Shown here piece after piece: positions 26,621 to 40,788 of a stretch of 64,000 nt of DNA; position 1 is the first letter of the stretch, and every line of letters starts with the position of its first letter. This DNA is from Octopus sinensis (Eukaryota): assembly GCF_006345805.1 (NCBI RefSeq), contig NC_043012.1, positions 46,810,001 through 46,874,000 on the forward strand, read 5' to 3'. The notes beneath the pieces are model-generated. The model was not told where the DNA came from and ran no database searches. It was given only the letters and a program-made list of their open reading frames with translations. Position numbers and translations under genes: made by a program.

Positions 26621-27564
26621 AAAACAAGATTGTTGGTTAATATGTATAATCTCAGTTGTTCACATTTAGGAATCTAACGGGTAAAAGTAATGACGATGGC
26701 TTCCGATAGGACTCTATACGGGAGGTTCCTGATAACGACCCTTCCTGGAGTTGGCAGAAAATAGAGGGATGCATGGATGAATGGACGGACGGACGGATGG
26801 ACTGATGGATGGATGGATGGAGTAACGGATTTTGTGTTATATTTCGTATGCTTTAAATTCAACCGCAAAACCTCCTACGGTTTACCCACATAAAGAAATT
26901 AATAGCAACTGTTGAATGCTAGAAATACTTATATGCCATAATAAACCTCAATAACAATATTTTAAAGCACGACTTCAAAATGAAATATAAAGATTGAAAC
27001 TGCCCGCAGAAGTGGCAAAATACACAAGTCCTCGACCTAATATTTCAGATATTAATATCTACTGAAATGATAAAGCGAATTATTACTGAACATTTAGAAT
27101 GGTGACTGATTAATGATTGCAGAAAGTAGCTTAACGCATATTCAATCTCAAATCTAAAGTGTGCAAACGTTAAAAAATTAGAAGTGCGGCAATGTAGAGG
27201 GATAAAATGACATTTGTTTTTATTATCAAACTATATGGTTTCGTTTTAAAGGAAATACATTTATATCAGTTTATGGAAAAGAAAGTATATTCAAATAGAA
27301 ATTATAAAATTATCATTTAAAAGTTCATTTTGGATCACTTCACATAATGCTCCATTGAATATACACAGTATAATTGCCAAATGAGAACAGTAATTATTGT
27401 TTTCAATACATTCAAGTATTATGAATATGATGTAGAGATAAGTGCTACAGGGTTCTCAGGTTTTACTATCACAAATAGTTCTCTGCTGTATAATAATAAT
27501 TATGTGTCATCTATCTCAAGCCTTCCTCAAATGCCGTTAATTTTCGATCTTTCAAGATACTACT

Positions 27565-27726
27565 TCACATATTTCTCAGCCCCGGCTCAATAAAATCATT
27601 CACTCCAGGAACCTCGTAATACGTTTTGGCACACGATCCTCCCTCATCAGATTTGCATTCTTGTATAATTCTTCCAAGCACAAGTGAGTTGGAGAGCGCT
27701 ACAGATAGGGCTGTTGAATTTGAACA
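27565..27726 (-). CDS. Candidate coding exon (strand ambiguous)
   Basis: Minus frame is open for 53 codons (…ALSVALSNSLVLGRIIQECKSDEGGSCAKTYYEVPGVNDFIEPGLRNM*). The plus strand also has an open frame ending at a GTGAGT donor (~27754). No homology was recognised. Confidence 0.2.
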   Translation of the reverse strand, partial: CSNSTALSVALSNSLVLGRIIQECKSDEGGSCAKTYYEVPGVNDFIEPGLRNM

Positions 27727-28428
27727 TCAATGCCAACAATATACCCGAGCTTGGTGAGTTTTCATAATTTATTGCTATTATCCCACACCTCTCCAGCTAA
27801 TTAATGCAAATAAATTATATTGTTATGAATATTAAAAATTATTATTGATTTTTAAAAATCTTACTGATAAAATGATTACTTGTTCAAATTAATGAGAAAA
27901 CGATAATTAACAAAATTTAGAAATAAAGGATGAATAATATAAAAGATGATGAAAGAAAGCAAAGAAATACATATTACAGTAAAATGAACAGATGAAAGCG
28001 GAAGCTGTGAAGGACTGCCATTAAGAAGTGTACAAAATTGAAAGGAGGTGAATGGATGATATTAAATTCTGAAAACATAAGTATTTTAACACACAGTATT
28101 CAATTTCTTTGTGAAAGGTATTGATCTGTGATATGCCATATCATTATTGTCTCAACAAGTATGTTAAATGTTACAATATAAATGTCTGGTATAAAATGAA
28201 TCTAATTTTCGTAAATATAGCCAAATTAATATAACCTAGTGTATTTTCGGTTAATGTATGCAAAACAATGTATTTACGTATGAATGTTTGGTTATCTGTT
28301 TGCTGACATACATAAATACATACGCACACGCTCACACATACACGCACTCACACACTCGCACATACACACATACACACACTCTCACACTGGCGCGCGTGTA
28401 TACATACATGTATAAATTCATATATGCA

Positions 28429-28478
<50 letters not shown>

Positions 28479-30441
28479 GTGTGTGTGTGTGTGTGTTGCA
28501 TTATTGCACTGTTTCTTCCTCATCTCTCTTAGAATATATGTCTATGTCTGCGTGACAGTGTATTCTTGTATGTTTGGGCATAGTTATTTAGTATCTATTT
28601 AATCATACTGCCGACAGATGCTAAGTATGCAAATTCTGGCCAACCGCTAGACCTACCGTTAGGCCAACCGTTAGACCTTTTCTTTTTGCGCTCAATTTAG
28701 ATAGATATTACGACAAGGTCTCTATAGATGTATGCTGCAGTTCAAGGGAATGGAGATATACAACTTTCTACATATAAAGGAACTATAAAATTTGCTAAGG
28801 TTTTTCAGTATATGTGTTGGACATAGTTTTCTTTTATTAATATACAATGTAAATTGGTAGTATTAAATATATGTAGGCTGTTATAGTAACCATGTGAAAC
28901 TATATAACGGGTTTAGTCACATAGGTTGTACAAAAGCTTTGAGAGAGGGAGTAAGAGTGAGAGAGAGAGAGAGTGTGAGAGAGTGTGAGAGGATGAAAAA
29001 CGAATGAATGAGTCGTAATAACTACAGGTATTTTATGAACAAAAACGGACCGTAATTGTCGTTTGAATAGATAATTAGTAACTAAATATTACTGCTTGAA
29101 AACGCATATCCTAGGGTCCAGAGTAGTGAGTGCTTCAAAATCCTTCAAATTCTCTTATAAAGTAGAACTTAGTAGTCCCAAATCTAAGTAATCGGAATGG
29201 TTGACTAAAATTTTCATCTTGCGGTTCGATGCATACTGCATCTGTTAACTGGAGTCAAATGTCTGCGATGTACTCTCAAATTTGATGCAACACGTTAAAG
29301 TTGATATCTGTTAATAGAAATAATTTAAATAACAGAGCATGATCACTATTTCCACGCTAGGGGATTCGTCTTATACGACAGGACAGTCAAACAATAGAAC
29401 CTATTGGGAAGATAACGCGTGAAATTCCACTTTCCTCGTAGACATGCTGTTAAAGCCGTCACAAAGACTACTATTTCTAAGCTTTATCATAGATGTACAA
29501 CACGTTTTCTGCATTGTGCCCTCGCTGCAGTACAAATGTATATTCACAACATAACTACTCTTCTCTTCGGTGTACACAATAAACGGATTGGGATGGACTT
29601 GATCAGACCATTGCTAAAGAATACAAGGCCAAACATTGTTGGGCAGTATTATTCATTTAACTCCATTAACTACCTTTCTTTCAATATTAATTTATATTGC
29701 TGTTGGACCAACCTCCCAGTATACCAATTAACTTTACAAGGCACCAACATAACACACAATATTAATGCGGCTACAACAACCAATGAACACTAGAACAACA
29801 TCTGAAAGAGCAACGCCTTTAAATCTTAAACCAATAGTTCGAAAATAATAGCAGTTTGTTTCGTATGTGCTTCAGGGGTAGCAAATTACGAGACATATTT
29901 TTTCGAAGTCGACTGAGATCTTCACGTAAAATTAGGATGATTGATATAACAGACCAGATTAATCTACCCCGGATGTAATTTCTCACCCGGAAATGTCTTA
30001 TTAAGAATATACTTAAATACTTACAAGTACGAAGTATATACTGTGCGAATGTAAAAAGAAATATGTATTCATGCATGTATATATACATACACACACTTAT
30101 GGGCAAGTATTATTATATACATACATGCATACACACCAATATATATATGCACAATGTATGTAGGATTAGATACATACATACATACATTAAGGCGATGTTC
30201 AAGCATGGCCGCAGTCAAATGACTGAAACAAGTAAAAGGATAAAAGAATGTGTGCAGTGCATAAGATTATATGTATACATGTATATGAATGCATCGGTAC
30301 GCATCCGTGAATAAGTGAGTGTCTGCATACATATACATATATATATATATAACTACATACACATATATACATGGATATACATACATATATATATACATAT
30401 ATATACGTACATGCATGCATATATATATATGTATGTATATA

Positions 30442-30481
<40 letters not shown>

Positions 30482-30535
30482 CATATATATATATATATTA
30501 CACACACACACACACATATATATATATATGAGTAT

Positions 30536-30580
<45 letters not shown>

Positions 30581-30829
30581 CTAATAAGGGTGAAAAATTA
30601 GATATTAATTTAATAATAGCATCAATTTAACACCAAGTGGTTTAGCGCATAAAAACCAGGGATACAATAAAAAATCATACTTAAATATAAGAGAGTCACC
30701 ACTATATGGTCGACTCTAGCGCTAAAAATAGATCCGCTATAGTATTAGCCATTAAAAATTGTTTCCAAGGAGAATTAACACAACATTTAACGTAAACGAG
30801 GCAAGTGAAAAACAACGAAAATATAGATT

Positions 30830-30906
30830 AACTCTGGACAATTGTTTCGCTATTAATGTAATATGCAATTTTACTTACACAACATCTATAGTTCATCAGC
30901 AGAATT
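30830..30906 (-). ncRNA. Type I hammerhead ribozyme motif
   Basis: AAUUCUG-CUGAUGA-A-CUAU…AUAG-C-GAAAC-AAUU-GUC-CAGAGUU: canonical core, 7-bp stem I and a palindromic helix III loop. Confidence 0.75.
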
Positions 30907-31161
30907 TGTCTAAAATACAATTTATTAAATCGCACGCTAAATTTCAACACAACGTCAAACACAACGTCAATTTTTCACCCTTATTTGTAATTCTAATTAT
31001 ACTGCAATAAATATTTTATGCAGTATTCGTTTCCGGAAGCCTTATCGTAGTTGTGGCGGAGGAATTTGAATCATGACTGCCAGTACAATCGATTAAACCG
31101 TACGTGTGTTTGACGTTGTGTTGAAATTTAGCGTGTGATTTAATAATTTGTATTTCAGACA

Positions 31162-31238
31162 AATTCTGCTGATGAACTATAGATGTTGTGTAAGTAAAAT
31201 TGGATATTACATTAATAGCGAAACAATTGTCCAGAGTT
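31162..31238 (+). ncRNA. Type I hammerhead ribozyme motif (mirror copy)
   Basis: Stem I 31162-31168/31232-31238, CUGAUGA 31169-31175, stem II CUAU/AUAG with a long loop, GAAAC 31220-31224, AAUU loop, GUC 31229-31231. Confidence 0.75.
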
Positions 31239-31382
31239 AATCTATATTTTCGTTGTTTTTCACTTGCCTCGTTTACGTTAAATGTTGTGTTAATTCTCCT
31301 TGGAAACATTTTTAGTGGCTAATACCATAGCGGATCTATTTTTAGCGCTAGAGTCGACCATATAGTGGTCACTCTCTTATAT

Positions 31383-31458
<76 letters not shown>

Positions 31459-31540
31459 TGATGATTTCTTTTGAATGAATCAGTTCTAGTCCTGTAGAAG
31501 CTCCTTCTATAAAATAATAAATATATATATATATTATATA

Positions 31541-31597
<57 letters not shown>

Positions 31598-32089
31598 ACA
31601 TATATATATACATACGTACATATATGCATGTATCTGTTCGTGTGAACATGTATGGTGATATCTATAGATACGTACATTGATCAAGAATATGCTTATATTA
31701 CTGATTTCCAATTATTGAAAAACCTTGTTCTGATTTTAATCCTACTCAATAAAAATCAATATGACGAGTAGCGATTAAAAAAGGCGTTTCTATTGTTTTA
31801 ATATTCCGCAGCTTCTCGTTGCGTTATACTTTGCTTACAATGGAACTCATTGTCAGTGAGGAATAAGAATTTTTGTATAACTTAATATAGTCATTAACGT
31901 GTAAGTGTTAGGCTTTATATCTTCTTATGATGTAGAAATTCGCTTTGATATCTACATCAGGTTTTCCTGACATTGGCCTTTAGTAAATTTTGATCGATAT
32001 ATTTGCTATAGTTTTCCTATCTATTCATTTGAATAGCCACATAGGAAAATGCGTGCTTCTCAACAACAGGGTCCCGGGTTTGTTCTTAC

Positions 32090-32256
32090 TGTGTGAATTC
32101 TTGTGCAAATATCATTAACAAGATCTTTTGTATAGTCCTTAACTTGTGGTTGTGATCTGGTACAGGAACTGTAGCCAAGCGAATCAGATGCATTGCACCT
32201 ATGAGTTAAACGCAAAGAATATTCTGGCACCGTGTCATACTGGCTGTGCTTGATAC
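32090..32256 (-). CDS. Candidate internal coding exon of an unknown host gene
   Basis: Acceptors at 32257-8 (aacttag) or 32199-200 (ttctttgcgtttaactcatag), with donor GTAAGA at 32089. The open frame reads IKHSQYDTVPEYSLRLTHRCNASDSLGYSSCTRSQPQVKDYTKDLVNDICTRIHT. Confidence 0.3.
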
Positions 32257-32530
32257 CTAAGTTAACGGTAGATATGTTTATGAACATATCTAACCTAGAT
32301 TTAAAGTTTTGCATGTTACTTCTTCAACATAGGAATTTCAGTGACATGTATAGTGGGCAAGAAAGATGAAAAGTCGGTGACAGAAAACAACGGTGGGATG
32401 ATTACAAGCCATTTGGGAAAGCAGTTCGTTCTCTTTGTCCCTCTTCCTTTCTCTCCCGCATATACGGATAGATAGAAAGAGAGATAGATTGATAGATAGA
32501 AAGAGAGATAGATAGATAGATAGAAAGAAA

Positions 32531-32594
<64 letters not shown>

Positions 32595-32879
32595 GGATAA
32601 TATATCTAGGTAGGTAGTGTTTAAGCACTGTATTATAATCCGAAGTTATGGTTAACCGTATCAAATGTTAAGGAATAAACTACTGCTATTCGAACTAAAC
32701 ATTCTCAATGTATTTCATCCATGAGTAAATAGTGGACTTACTTCACTGGATTATAAACTCTTTACTGAGTGTATATCCAAGAGAATAGTTTAGACAGTTT
32801 TATAATTTAGTAGGGAGACGAATAGCGTTGAGTGCAAAGAATAACTGAACAGTTAGAAACAAGATCTGGCTATCAAATC

Positions 32880-33070
32880 TTTCTTTAAACACAAGGCTGG
32901 AAATGTTTGGAGTGGGTCCAGTCGACTAGATCGACCCAGTACGCAACTGGTACGTGATTTATCGACTCCGAAAGTAGGAAAGGTAAAGGCGACCTCAGCG
33001 GAATTTGAACTCAGAACGTAAAGTCACTAAGCATTTCACCCGACGTGCTGGCCTTTCTGCCAGCCTGCGA
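32880..33070 (-). mobile_element. SINE family A
   Basis: Reverse complement of the family A consensus (…aactggtac…atcgac…aaaggtaaaggcgacctcagcggaatttgaactcagaacg). Confidence 0.7.
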
Positions 33071-33621
33071 CGTTGATATGGCCATAAAATCAGCTATCAT
33101 ATCGACTAAGGTTTTAACTTCGAGTCACGAATGTTAGATCCTAAACTAGGTGAGTATATATTTTATCCACAAGCCTGGATGATCGTAAACGAGGTCAGAA
33201 TACATTTCGTCCACCAGAATGGTAGATGAAATACATTCTGACCAAGTTTAAGATCTAACATTAATGAATCGAAATTCGAACCCTGTAGTTATGTTAGGGT
33301 CAACCTGTTAATGGATTTTATAGCCATGTTAGGTTTCTGACTTCCTTATTCTATGTAGTCATCACTAAGCGCCCCTACTAAAATGTTAGACTGTCTAAAA
33401 CATTATACATTAGTTCGCTTCAAAGTTTAATAGTGGCAACAGATAAAACTGGATGTAAATAAAACCACATTGCAAGGTATCCATGCAGCAGAAACATATG
33501 TCGGACAGAGATTTAAATTGAATGTGTTTTATAAATCACAGTAATAAGAAAAAAACTGTGTAGATGTATTATTATCCTTATTCATTTGAACTGTGTTTCA
33601 TAGGTGTGTGTATTATGTATG

Positions 33622-33825
33622 CGACGAGCTGGCAGAATCGTTAGCGCGCTGGACGAAATGCTTAGCGGTATTTCGCCCGTTGCTACGTTCTGTGTTCAAA
33701 TTCCGCCAAGGTCGACTTTGCCTTTTATCCTTTCGGGTCGATAAATCAAGTACCAGTGAAACAGTGAGGTCGATTTGATCGACTGTCTCCCAAATTCCAG
33801 GCCTTGTGCCTTTAGTAGAAAGGAT
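33622..33825 (+). mobile_element. SINE family A, well preserved
   Basis: cgacgagctggcagaatcgttagcgcgctggacgaaatgcttagcggt…gttcaaattccgcc…cctttcgggtcgataaatcaagtaccag…gccttgtgcctttagtagaaagg. Confidence 0.85.
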
Positions 33826-34499
33826 TATGTATGCATGTATGTATGTATGTGTGTGTATGTATAAACATGTTAATACTTGTTCATGCTTGTGTGTATGATT
33901 GATTTTGCGTTGATTGTTGTAAGCAATGGATGCTACGTTATAATTTCTGTAAACACCAATGTTTTCAATATACTGTAGCTAAAATTCGGACATGGTCTTT
34001 TTCAGCGGATGTTGTTTTAGTTTTCGGAGCAAAGAGAATTAGTAATTCGATTTCATCGTTGCTTACATTTATTTTAAGCATCGAAGATAATTGCATTTGC
34101 ATAAAATGAATGCGTTAATTGATAGCTTTCTCTGCAGTATATTTGCGTGAAAAGATTACTATTGCAAACATTCGAAACGCATATTAATAAATTAATAACT
34201 AAATGCCAATTTTCTTGCGTACTTCATCGATGTAAATTATCAAACATATGTCTCAAATATGTTATGAACCAATTAGTATTTCTTAATTTTAAACATTTTG
34301 CGTTGCACACGGAATTTCACCTCTATTTTTATATGTATTTCCTTGTCGCCTTTTCTTGAATTTTGTTTAAAATTGTGAGACAGAAAACTTCTTATGGAAG
34401 GATTATAGTGCGTAGTATCTGCATCATACCTTACTCTCGAAAGATTCATCAGTCAATGACACAGCAGGATTTGTCATATAAATTTGATGTTATTATATT

Positions 34500-34893
34500 T
34501 TTTCTTTTACGCTTTTATTTTTTACAGTCATTTGACTGTAGCCATCCTGGATCACCGACTTTAGCCGAACAAATCGACACCGGGACTTATTCTCTCAGTC
34601 TCTTTTGTTTACGGAAAAGTAAACACACCAACATCGGTTGTCAAGCGATGGTGGGGACAAACACAGATACACAAATACACACACATACACACACACACAC
34701 ACAAAGACACACACATATATATATACACACATATATATATATATACAACGGGCTTCTTTCAGTTTCCCTCTAGCAAATCCACACACAAGGCTTTAAGCTT
34801 TAGTCGGCCCGAGGTTATTCTAGAAGACATTTGCTCAAGATGCCACGCAGTGGGACTGAACCCAGAACGATGAGGTTGGTAAGCAAGCTACTT
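34500..34893 (-). mobile_element. SINE family B, lacking its first ~22 nt where another element is joined
   Basis: Full body matches the copy at 48055-48460 and stops exactly at aagcaagctactt (34881-34893). Confidence 0.85.
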
Positions 34894-35165
34894 TAGTGTA
34901 TATCATTTGCCTTAAAGGCAGTGCACAGATAAGGTAGCTTTGCGGGATGGACAAGACAAAAATGAGGCGAATGATAATAATACAAGATGATAAAGATAGG
35001 AGAAGACAGAAAGCGGCTGCCGACCCTCAGCTTCTCTAAAACATTATTCGTTAAAAACAACATATATAGAGGTATTAGACATCTTACAAATATATACAAA
35101 AATCTTGTATTAGAAGTCAGTGAACTTACTTTACCTACAAACAGCTAGGTGCAGACCATACGATT
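34894..35165 (-). mobile_element. 3' end of an element related to the 61.5-63.6-kb LINE derivative
   Basis: Shares ttgtcca(t/c)cccgcaaagct with the 3' end of the 61489-63557 element and abuts the same SINE position. Confidence 0.55.
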
Positions 35166-35188
35166 TTTTAAAATATACTATACATATA

Positions 35189-35270
<82 letters not shown>

Positions 35271-35346
35271 ATATTTATGTATATATATGTGTATCTGGGT
35301 ATCTCTCTCTCTCTATATATATATATACATATATAATATATATACA

Positions 35347-35418
<72 letters not shown>

Positions 35419-35419
35419 C

Positions 35420-35461
<42 letters not shown>

Positions 35462-35479
35462 ATATATATACATATATGA

Positions 35480-35690
35480 AAATAATTTAAGTGACAGAAC
35501 CATTTTAATATTATGATAGTACGCTTTCCATTTCAACCTATTTATAAAATTCTTTATATTATTTATCAATTTAATCATAATTTCTCTTTTATGTGGCATT
35601 GGTTCGTCCTTCAGTGATGATTTCCTTTCCAGGGGTTCTATCTTTCCTGTATACGCCATAACCAAACGTAATTGCGTGTTTAAACTTAGC
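35480..35690 (-). mobile_element. Penelope-like ORF N-terminal fragment
   Basis: PMPHKREIMIKLINNIKNFINRLKWKAYY resembles the recalled N-terminal motif (PIP…YL.KLI…FIKRMRWKAFF) of a PLE lineage. Confidence 0.5.
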
Positions 35691-35704
35691 AATTAACGTT
35701 CGTT

Positions 35705-36185
35705 TTCTCTTCATTCACACCTTCCCTCCTCTTTCATTTCACTCTGTCCCTTTTCTTTTTTCTCGTCCTTCTCTAATTTTTTTCTCCGTCTGCCTCTAAC
35801 TCTCTCTTCTCTCACCACGTGACCGGTGTTTGGCCAAGTCTGACCTTTCTTTATTGGTTCGACTGCCATCCGCGCAACATCTGTATCCCTCCCTATGCCT
35901 GTCAACTCTAATGTCGCTGCCGTAAGGCTTCACTTCCACACACGCTAGTTTAAGTTAATTCGTCCTTAGCCCAAAGACCCGTGTGGTTACTGTCTTTTAT
36001 TTGCATGTTTATTGTGTACCATTTGTCTATTGTTTTCGTCCTTCTTTTCGTATACATTCGCTGCTTTCTTCCAAGGCATCTAGTTCTCTTAGATTAGTTT
36101 GTTATTGGCGCTGACCAGATTGGAGTAATCTCTAGTATAACCAGTCGAAATTGCAAAGATAACCAGGAACTCGACTGAAGAAAGA
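35705..36185. repeat. Unclassified interspersed repeat
   Basis: Non-microsatellite, pyrimidine-rich block recalled as a common octopus repeat. It lies directly upstream of the PLE N-terminal fragment. Confidence 0.4.
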
Positions 36186-36199
36186 AAACTATATACATG

Positions 36200-36301
<102 letters not shown>

Positions 36302-36523
36302 ATATATATGTGTATATATATGAATATATATATATATATATATATGCATATACATGCATGTTTATATGTATATATATGCATATATATAGATGTATATGTA
36401 TAGACGTAAATATATACATGTATATATATATGTAAATATATACTTATATATACATGTATATATATATATATATATTATATATAATTATATATACATATTT
36501 ATGAATATATACATAAATATATT

Positions 36524-36571
<48 letters not shown>

Positions 36572-36757
36572 ACTATATTTATGTATGTATATATATACAT
36601 ATACATATGCATGCATATATATATGTGTATATATATGTGCACATATATATGTATGCATATACATGTATATACAGAGATTTATATCTATTAATATGTGTAT
36701 ATTTAGATCTAGATGTATATACATAGAGGTATATGTATTATATGCATATAGACGCAG

Positions 36758-36990
36758 AAGTGGGTGTGTGGTAAGCAGCTTGCTTACCAATCACATGGTT
36801 CCGTGCTCATTCCCACTGCGTGGCACATTGGGCAGGTGTCTTCTACGATAGCCTGGGGCCGACCAAAGCAATGTAAGTGGATTTGGTAGAATAAGTCCTG
36901 GGGTAAATTATTTCGACTAAAGTTCAACTCCAGCGTGGCCGCACTCAAATGACTGAAATGAAGAAAACAATAAAAGAATAAAAGAATATC
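36758..36990 (+). mobile_element. SINE family B with internal deletion
   Basis: gcagaagtgggtgtgtggtaagcagcttgcttaccaatcacatggttccg…tgcgtggcac…ccgaccaaagc…, joined directly to the tail ccagcgtggccgcactcaaatgactgaaa. Confidence 0.8.
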
Positions 36991-37021
36991 TCTATGTATC
37001 TCTCTCTCCCTCCCTCTTTCT

Positions 37022-37132
<111 letters not shown>

Positions 37133-37241
37133 TGTGTGTGTGTATGTATGCATCTACATATGCACATAAAGATATGTATATATGTATAAATACATATATA
37201 TATCTTTATACATATATATGGGTATATATATATATGTACGC

Positions 37242-37281
<40 letters not shown>

Positions 37282-37444
37282 TATATATGTGTGTGTGTGT
37301 GTGTATGTGTGTGTGTGTGTGTGTATCCATGCATGTATATGTGTGTTTGCATTTTGATGAGTGTGTATGTACGTGTTTAAATACGTTTGTGTTTTTGTAT
37401 GTAAATAAGCATATATTCATATATATATATATATATATATATAG

Positions 37445-37900
37445 GCATATAACTTACAGGGCGTCACAAGAAGTAAACAACATGAAATACGAAGACAAAC
37501 ATTTTTTGCGAAAAACTTGAGAAGCAAATAGAAAGCAAGGTAAGCAACATAAAGAACGACCCTTCATCAGTTGTCGGCTGTTTATCTACTCCACATTTCG
37601 AGAAATTCCCGGCACTTTTTTCCTTCAAGAAAATAGTTGCTTCTGCAAACCAAAATAAAAGTTGGGATTTTGCAAAGGGTCAAAGTTGGTAAAAAAACAG
37701 GACAGTGAAACAAATAGTGAGGGCTGCTAAGCCAGACCTGGGGAAGGTGGCGAACGCTGAGGAACATTCTTTGACAGGAGAAAAGATAGGAGAGGAGACA
37801 GACATAAATACGTCTGGTCTGTGCAGCAGAACGAAAGAAAAACAAGATGAACACGTGTAGCAAAAGCTTGCATAGAACGTATCCTCATCACACACGGACA
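37445..37900 (-). repeat. Inverted copy of the 24270-24785 repeat family
   Basis: Contains acagccgacaaCTGATGAAGGGtcgttctttatgttg on the minus strand. Confidence 0.65.
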
Positions 37901-39087
37901 TTGTTATACAGAAATATAAAATGCATCACTTCGTTATACATAAACTTGGTTTAGTGTGTATGATAAAATATAAGTGATTTTAATATGACAATATATATCT
38001 ACGTTTCCCATTTCAATAAATGCCTTTTAGAGCAACATTGTTCAGTAACGGAGTATTACATTACATAATACATAATCATACACCATTATCATACACAATC
38101 GGATTATGATAGCATTGTATTATATATGCGTGTATAGGTGTGTTTGTATGCATGCACATACATATGCATGTATATATACATATAGACACACATATATGTA
38201 CACACACACACATATATATATATATGCACATCTCCCTATATGTGTGTATGTGCGTATGTTTGTGAAATAGAGAGAGAAAGTTTAAGTGAGAGAGACAGAG
38301 GAAGAGAGAAAGAGAGCACAAATTTACGCATGTGTATAATTCTGCTTTTGGTCCCAGGCATAGAAACGTGCTCCATATTCTCAGTAGATAATAGGGCGTT
38401 GTTCTGTCTAATCACAGACCATAGTTTATATTTGTGTTTTTATTTATGTCTTTAGTTCCATATTTAAATGATTGCTGGAATATTTTCTTATATAACACGT
38501 GAAACTATAAAAATAACCCAATATATGCGTGCAGAAGTGCGTCCGTCGATTTTTCTCTCATTTTACGTTTTTCTTCCTCACTTTTTCTCCACCTCCTCCC
38601 TCCTCTCTCCTCTCTCTTTCACATGCATATATACACAGAAATTCTTTTATACGTTTTACTCATGCGGCTGTAGTATATGTTCATACACAAATAATCACAC
38701 ATTCATATTCACGTGTGTATACACAGTCGTACAGTGACAAGTGAGCACGTATTTATGTGAACATATGTAAATATATATTGACGTATATACTCTAACTTAT
38801 ATATGGAAAGTAATTACATTTCTTCAGTTAATTAACTCTCATTTGCATTTTTTTGTCTTGCTTCATACAGATAAAACTGTTTCGGCTTTTTACTTTTCTT
38901 ACATTCGCCACTGCTGTGTAATTATTGCGTGTATATATTGACATTATATGCCAAGCGTTAGGTTCATCAGCTAATGCATTCTTTCAAAAATGTTGATTTA
39001 AAATCAAGAAAGAAACAATTGTACTAGAAAAAAAGAAGAAAGCTGTCTGGAAACGTTAGGAAACATCGCAATCAACGGATGCAATGT

Positions 39088-39157
<70 letters not shown>

Positions 39158-39456
39158 CTATATATATATATATACATATATATATATGTGTGTGTGTGTG
39201 TATATATATGTATGTATATATATATGTATATATATATATATATATATATGAATATATATAGATATATATATATATATTTATGTATATATGTATATATATA
39301 TATATACAAATATGCCCTTATATTTATATTCATATACGTACATGCATATATATATATATATATATATAAATGTACACACACATACACATGCATATATACA
39401 CACACACACACACATATATATATATTTATATGTATATATAGGTGAGTGTGTGCTTG

Positions 39457-39492
<36 letters not shown>

Positions 39493-40149
39493 ATATACAC
39501 ATATGTCTATATGCACATGCGTAACCGTATATACACTGACATATAAAATAAAAACTCTTCTATGCATCGAAGCATCATAAATTAGGAATCGTGAAAACAA
39601 AAGAGAATACTTTTGAAAAAGAAGTCGATAGCATTTGAAATGAAAATAAGAATCTGTTTGTGTGCGCATGTGTGAATATGTATGTGTGCGCACGCGCGTG
39701 GTGTTTCTGAATGTGTGTGTGTGTTTGCTTCTGTGTATGTGAGTGTACGTGCGTGCATGTGTGTTTGCGTTCGGTATCCTGTCTGTGAAAATATGTATGC
39801 ATCAGTGTGTATTCGTAATATGAATCGTAAATTTTATTTGATTGTAAAATGTTGCACCGCCAATAAAAAATGGTTATGTGTAGATAATAGAAGAAAAATA
39901 GCAAGTAATAACGTCACGTATTTCTCTGTAATTATTTTAATTACTCTATCTGTTGAATATTATAAAATAAATATTTGACAGGGCTTATTGGTGTAAGTGA
40001 ACAGGCAGATGATATATGTGAATGACCTCTCAGGTACCCGGTAGTGAACGAGAAACTAGATATAAATGAAGGATCTCACAACCTTTCAAAATACCTTTTC
40101 CTTTATTTTTTTATTCTTAATATTTGTTCACGCTTATCTTTTATATTCT

Positions 40150-40345
40150 ACTTGTTTTTGTTAGTTGACTGCGGCAATACTGGTGCACCACCCTCGAATA
40201 ATTTTTACTCAAATGAATCGACCGACTCCTGCGTTCAAAGGAATTTTTAAAAATCTGGTAGATACTTTATCGGTTCTTGTTTCGAAACGCTAGGTACGGA
40301 GAAGTAAACACACCAACGCCGGTTACAAATGGTGGTGAGGAAAAC
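40150..40345 (-). mobile_element. SINE family B, 3' part
   Basis: gactgcggcaatactgg…acgctaggtacggagaagtaaacacaccaacgccggtt. Confidence 0.65.
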
Positions 40346-40394
40346 ACAAACACAAAGACAAACATGTATACATACATATACACACGCACACACA

Positions 40395-40590
40395 TGGGGC
40401 TCAATTCTCTATAGCACTCCAAACCATGATGCTTTGACCAGCACAAGCGTCTCTCTCTATGACACTTACGTCTCCGTAGCATTTGCCCCTCTTACACCAT
40501 ACCATTACTCTACCATCCGAGGTGGAAACTCAGTACCGGCTCTAGTTAGAGAAGACTATTGACCACCATTGTTGATGCATTTCTTTTGCT
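40395..40590 (-). mobile_element. Tc1-type transposase fragment
   Basis: IVFSN*SRY*VSTSDGRVMVWCKRGKCYGDVSVIERDACAGQSIMVWSAI, corresponding to the Tc1 FSDESRF…DGR.RVWR…GGGSVMVW region. Confidence 0.65.
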
Positions 40591-40599
40591 GTTCAGTGT

Positions 40600-40788
40600 A
40601 TAACTACTGGGATACATTTTACCCGCACTTTTCATACTCTCTGTAATTCAGTATCTAGGTCCTGGTATTTTGCTATTTTTCTATACCTCTCATATAATTT
40701 TTTTCATCCTTTGGGACCGTAAAGTCAATTATCTGGCATTTTCTATCTACTACTACTACTACAACTACTACTACTACTGCTGCTGCTG

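Larger units (their letters stand above)
30685..31382. repeat. Inverted repeat with ~277-bp arms (30685-30962 and 31106-31382), 143-bp spacer, flanked by (TA)n
   Basis: Arms align end to end with only about 10 differences by eye. Confidence 0.92.

Noticed and set aside
29419-29793. 124-aa plus-strand ORF
   Set aside because: No recognisable motif or splice context; compatible with chance.
32160-32252. Plus-strand peptide …ILAPCHTGCA resembling an OATP Kazal-like motif
   Set aside because: The frame is short and bounded by stops; the opposite strand has better splice signals.
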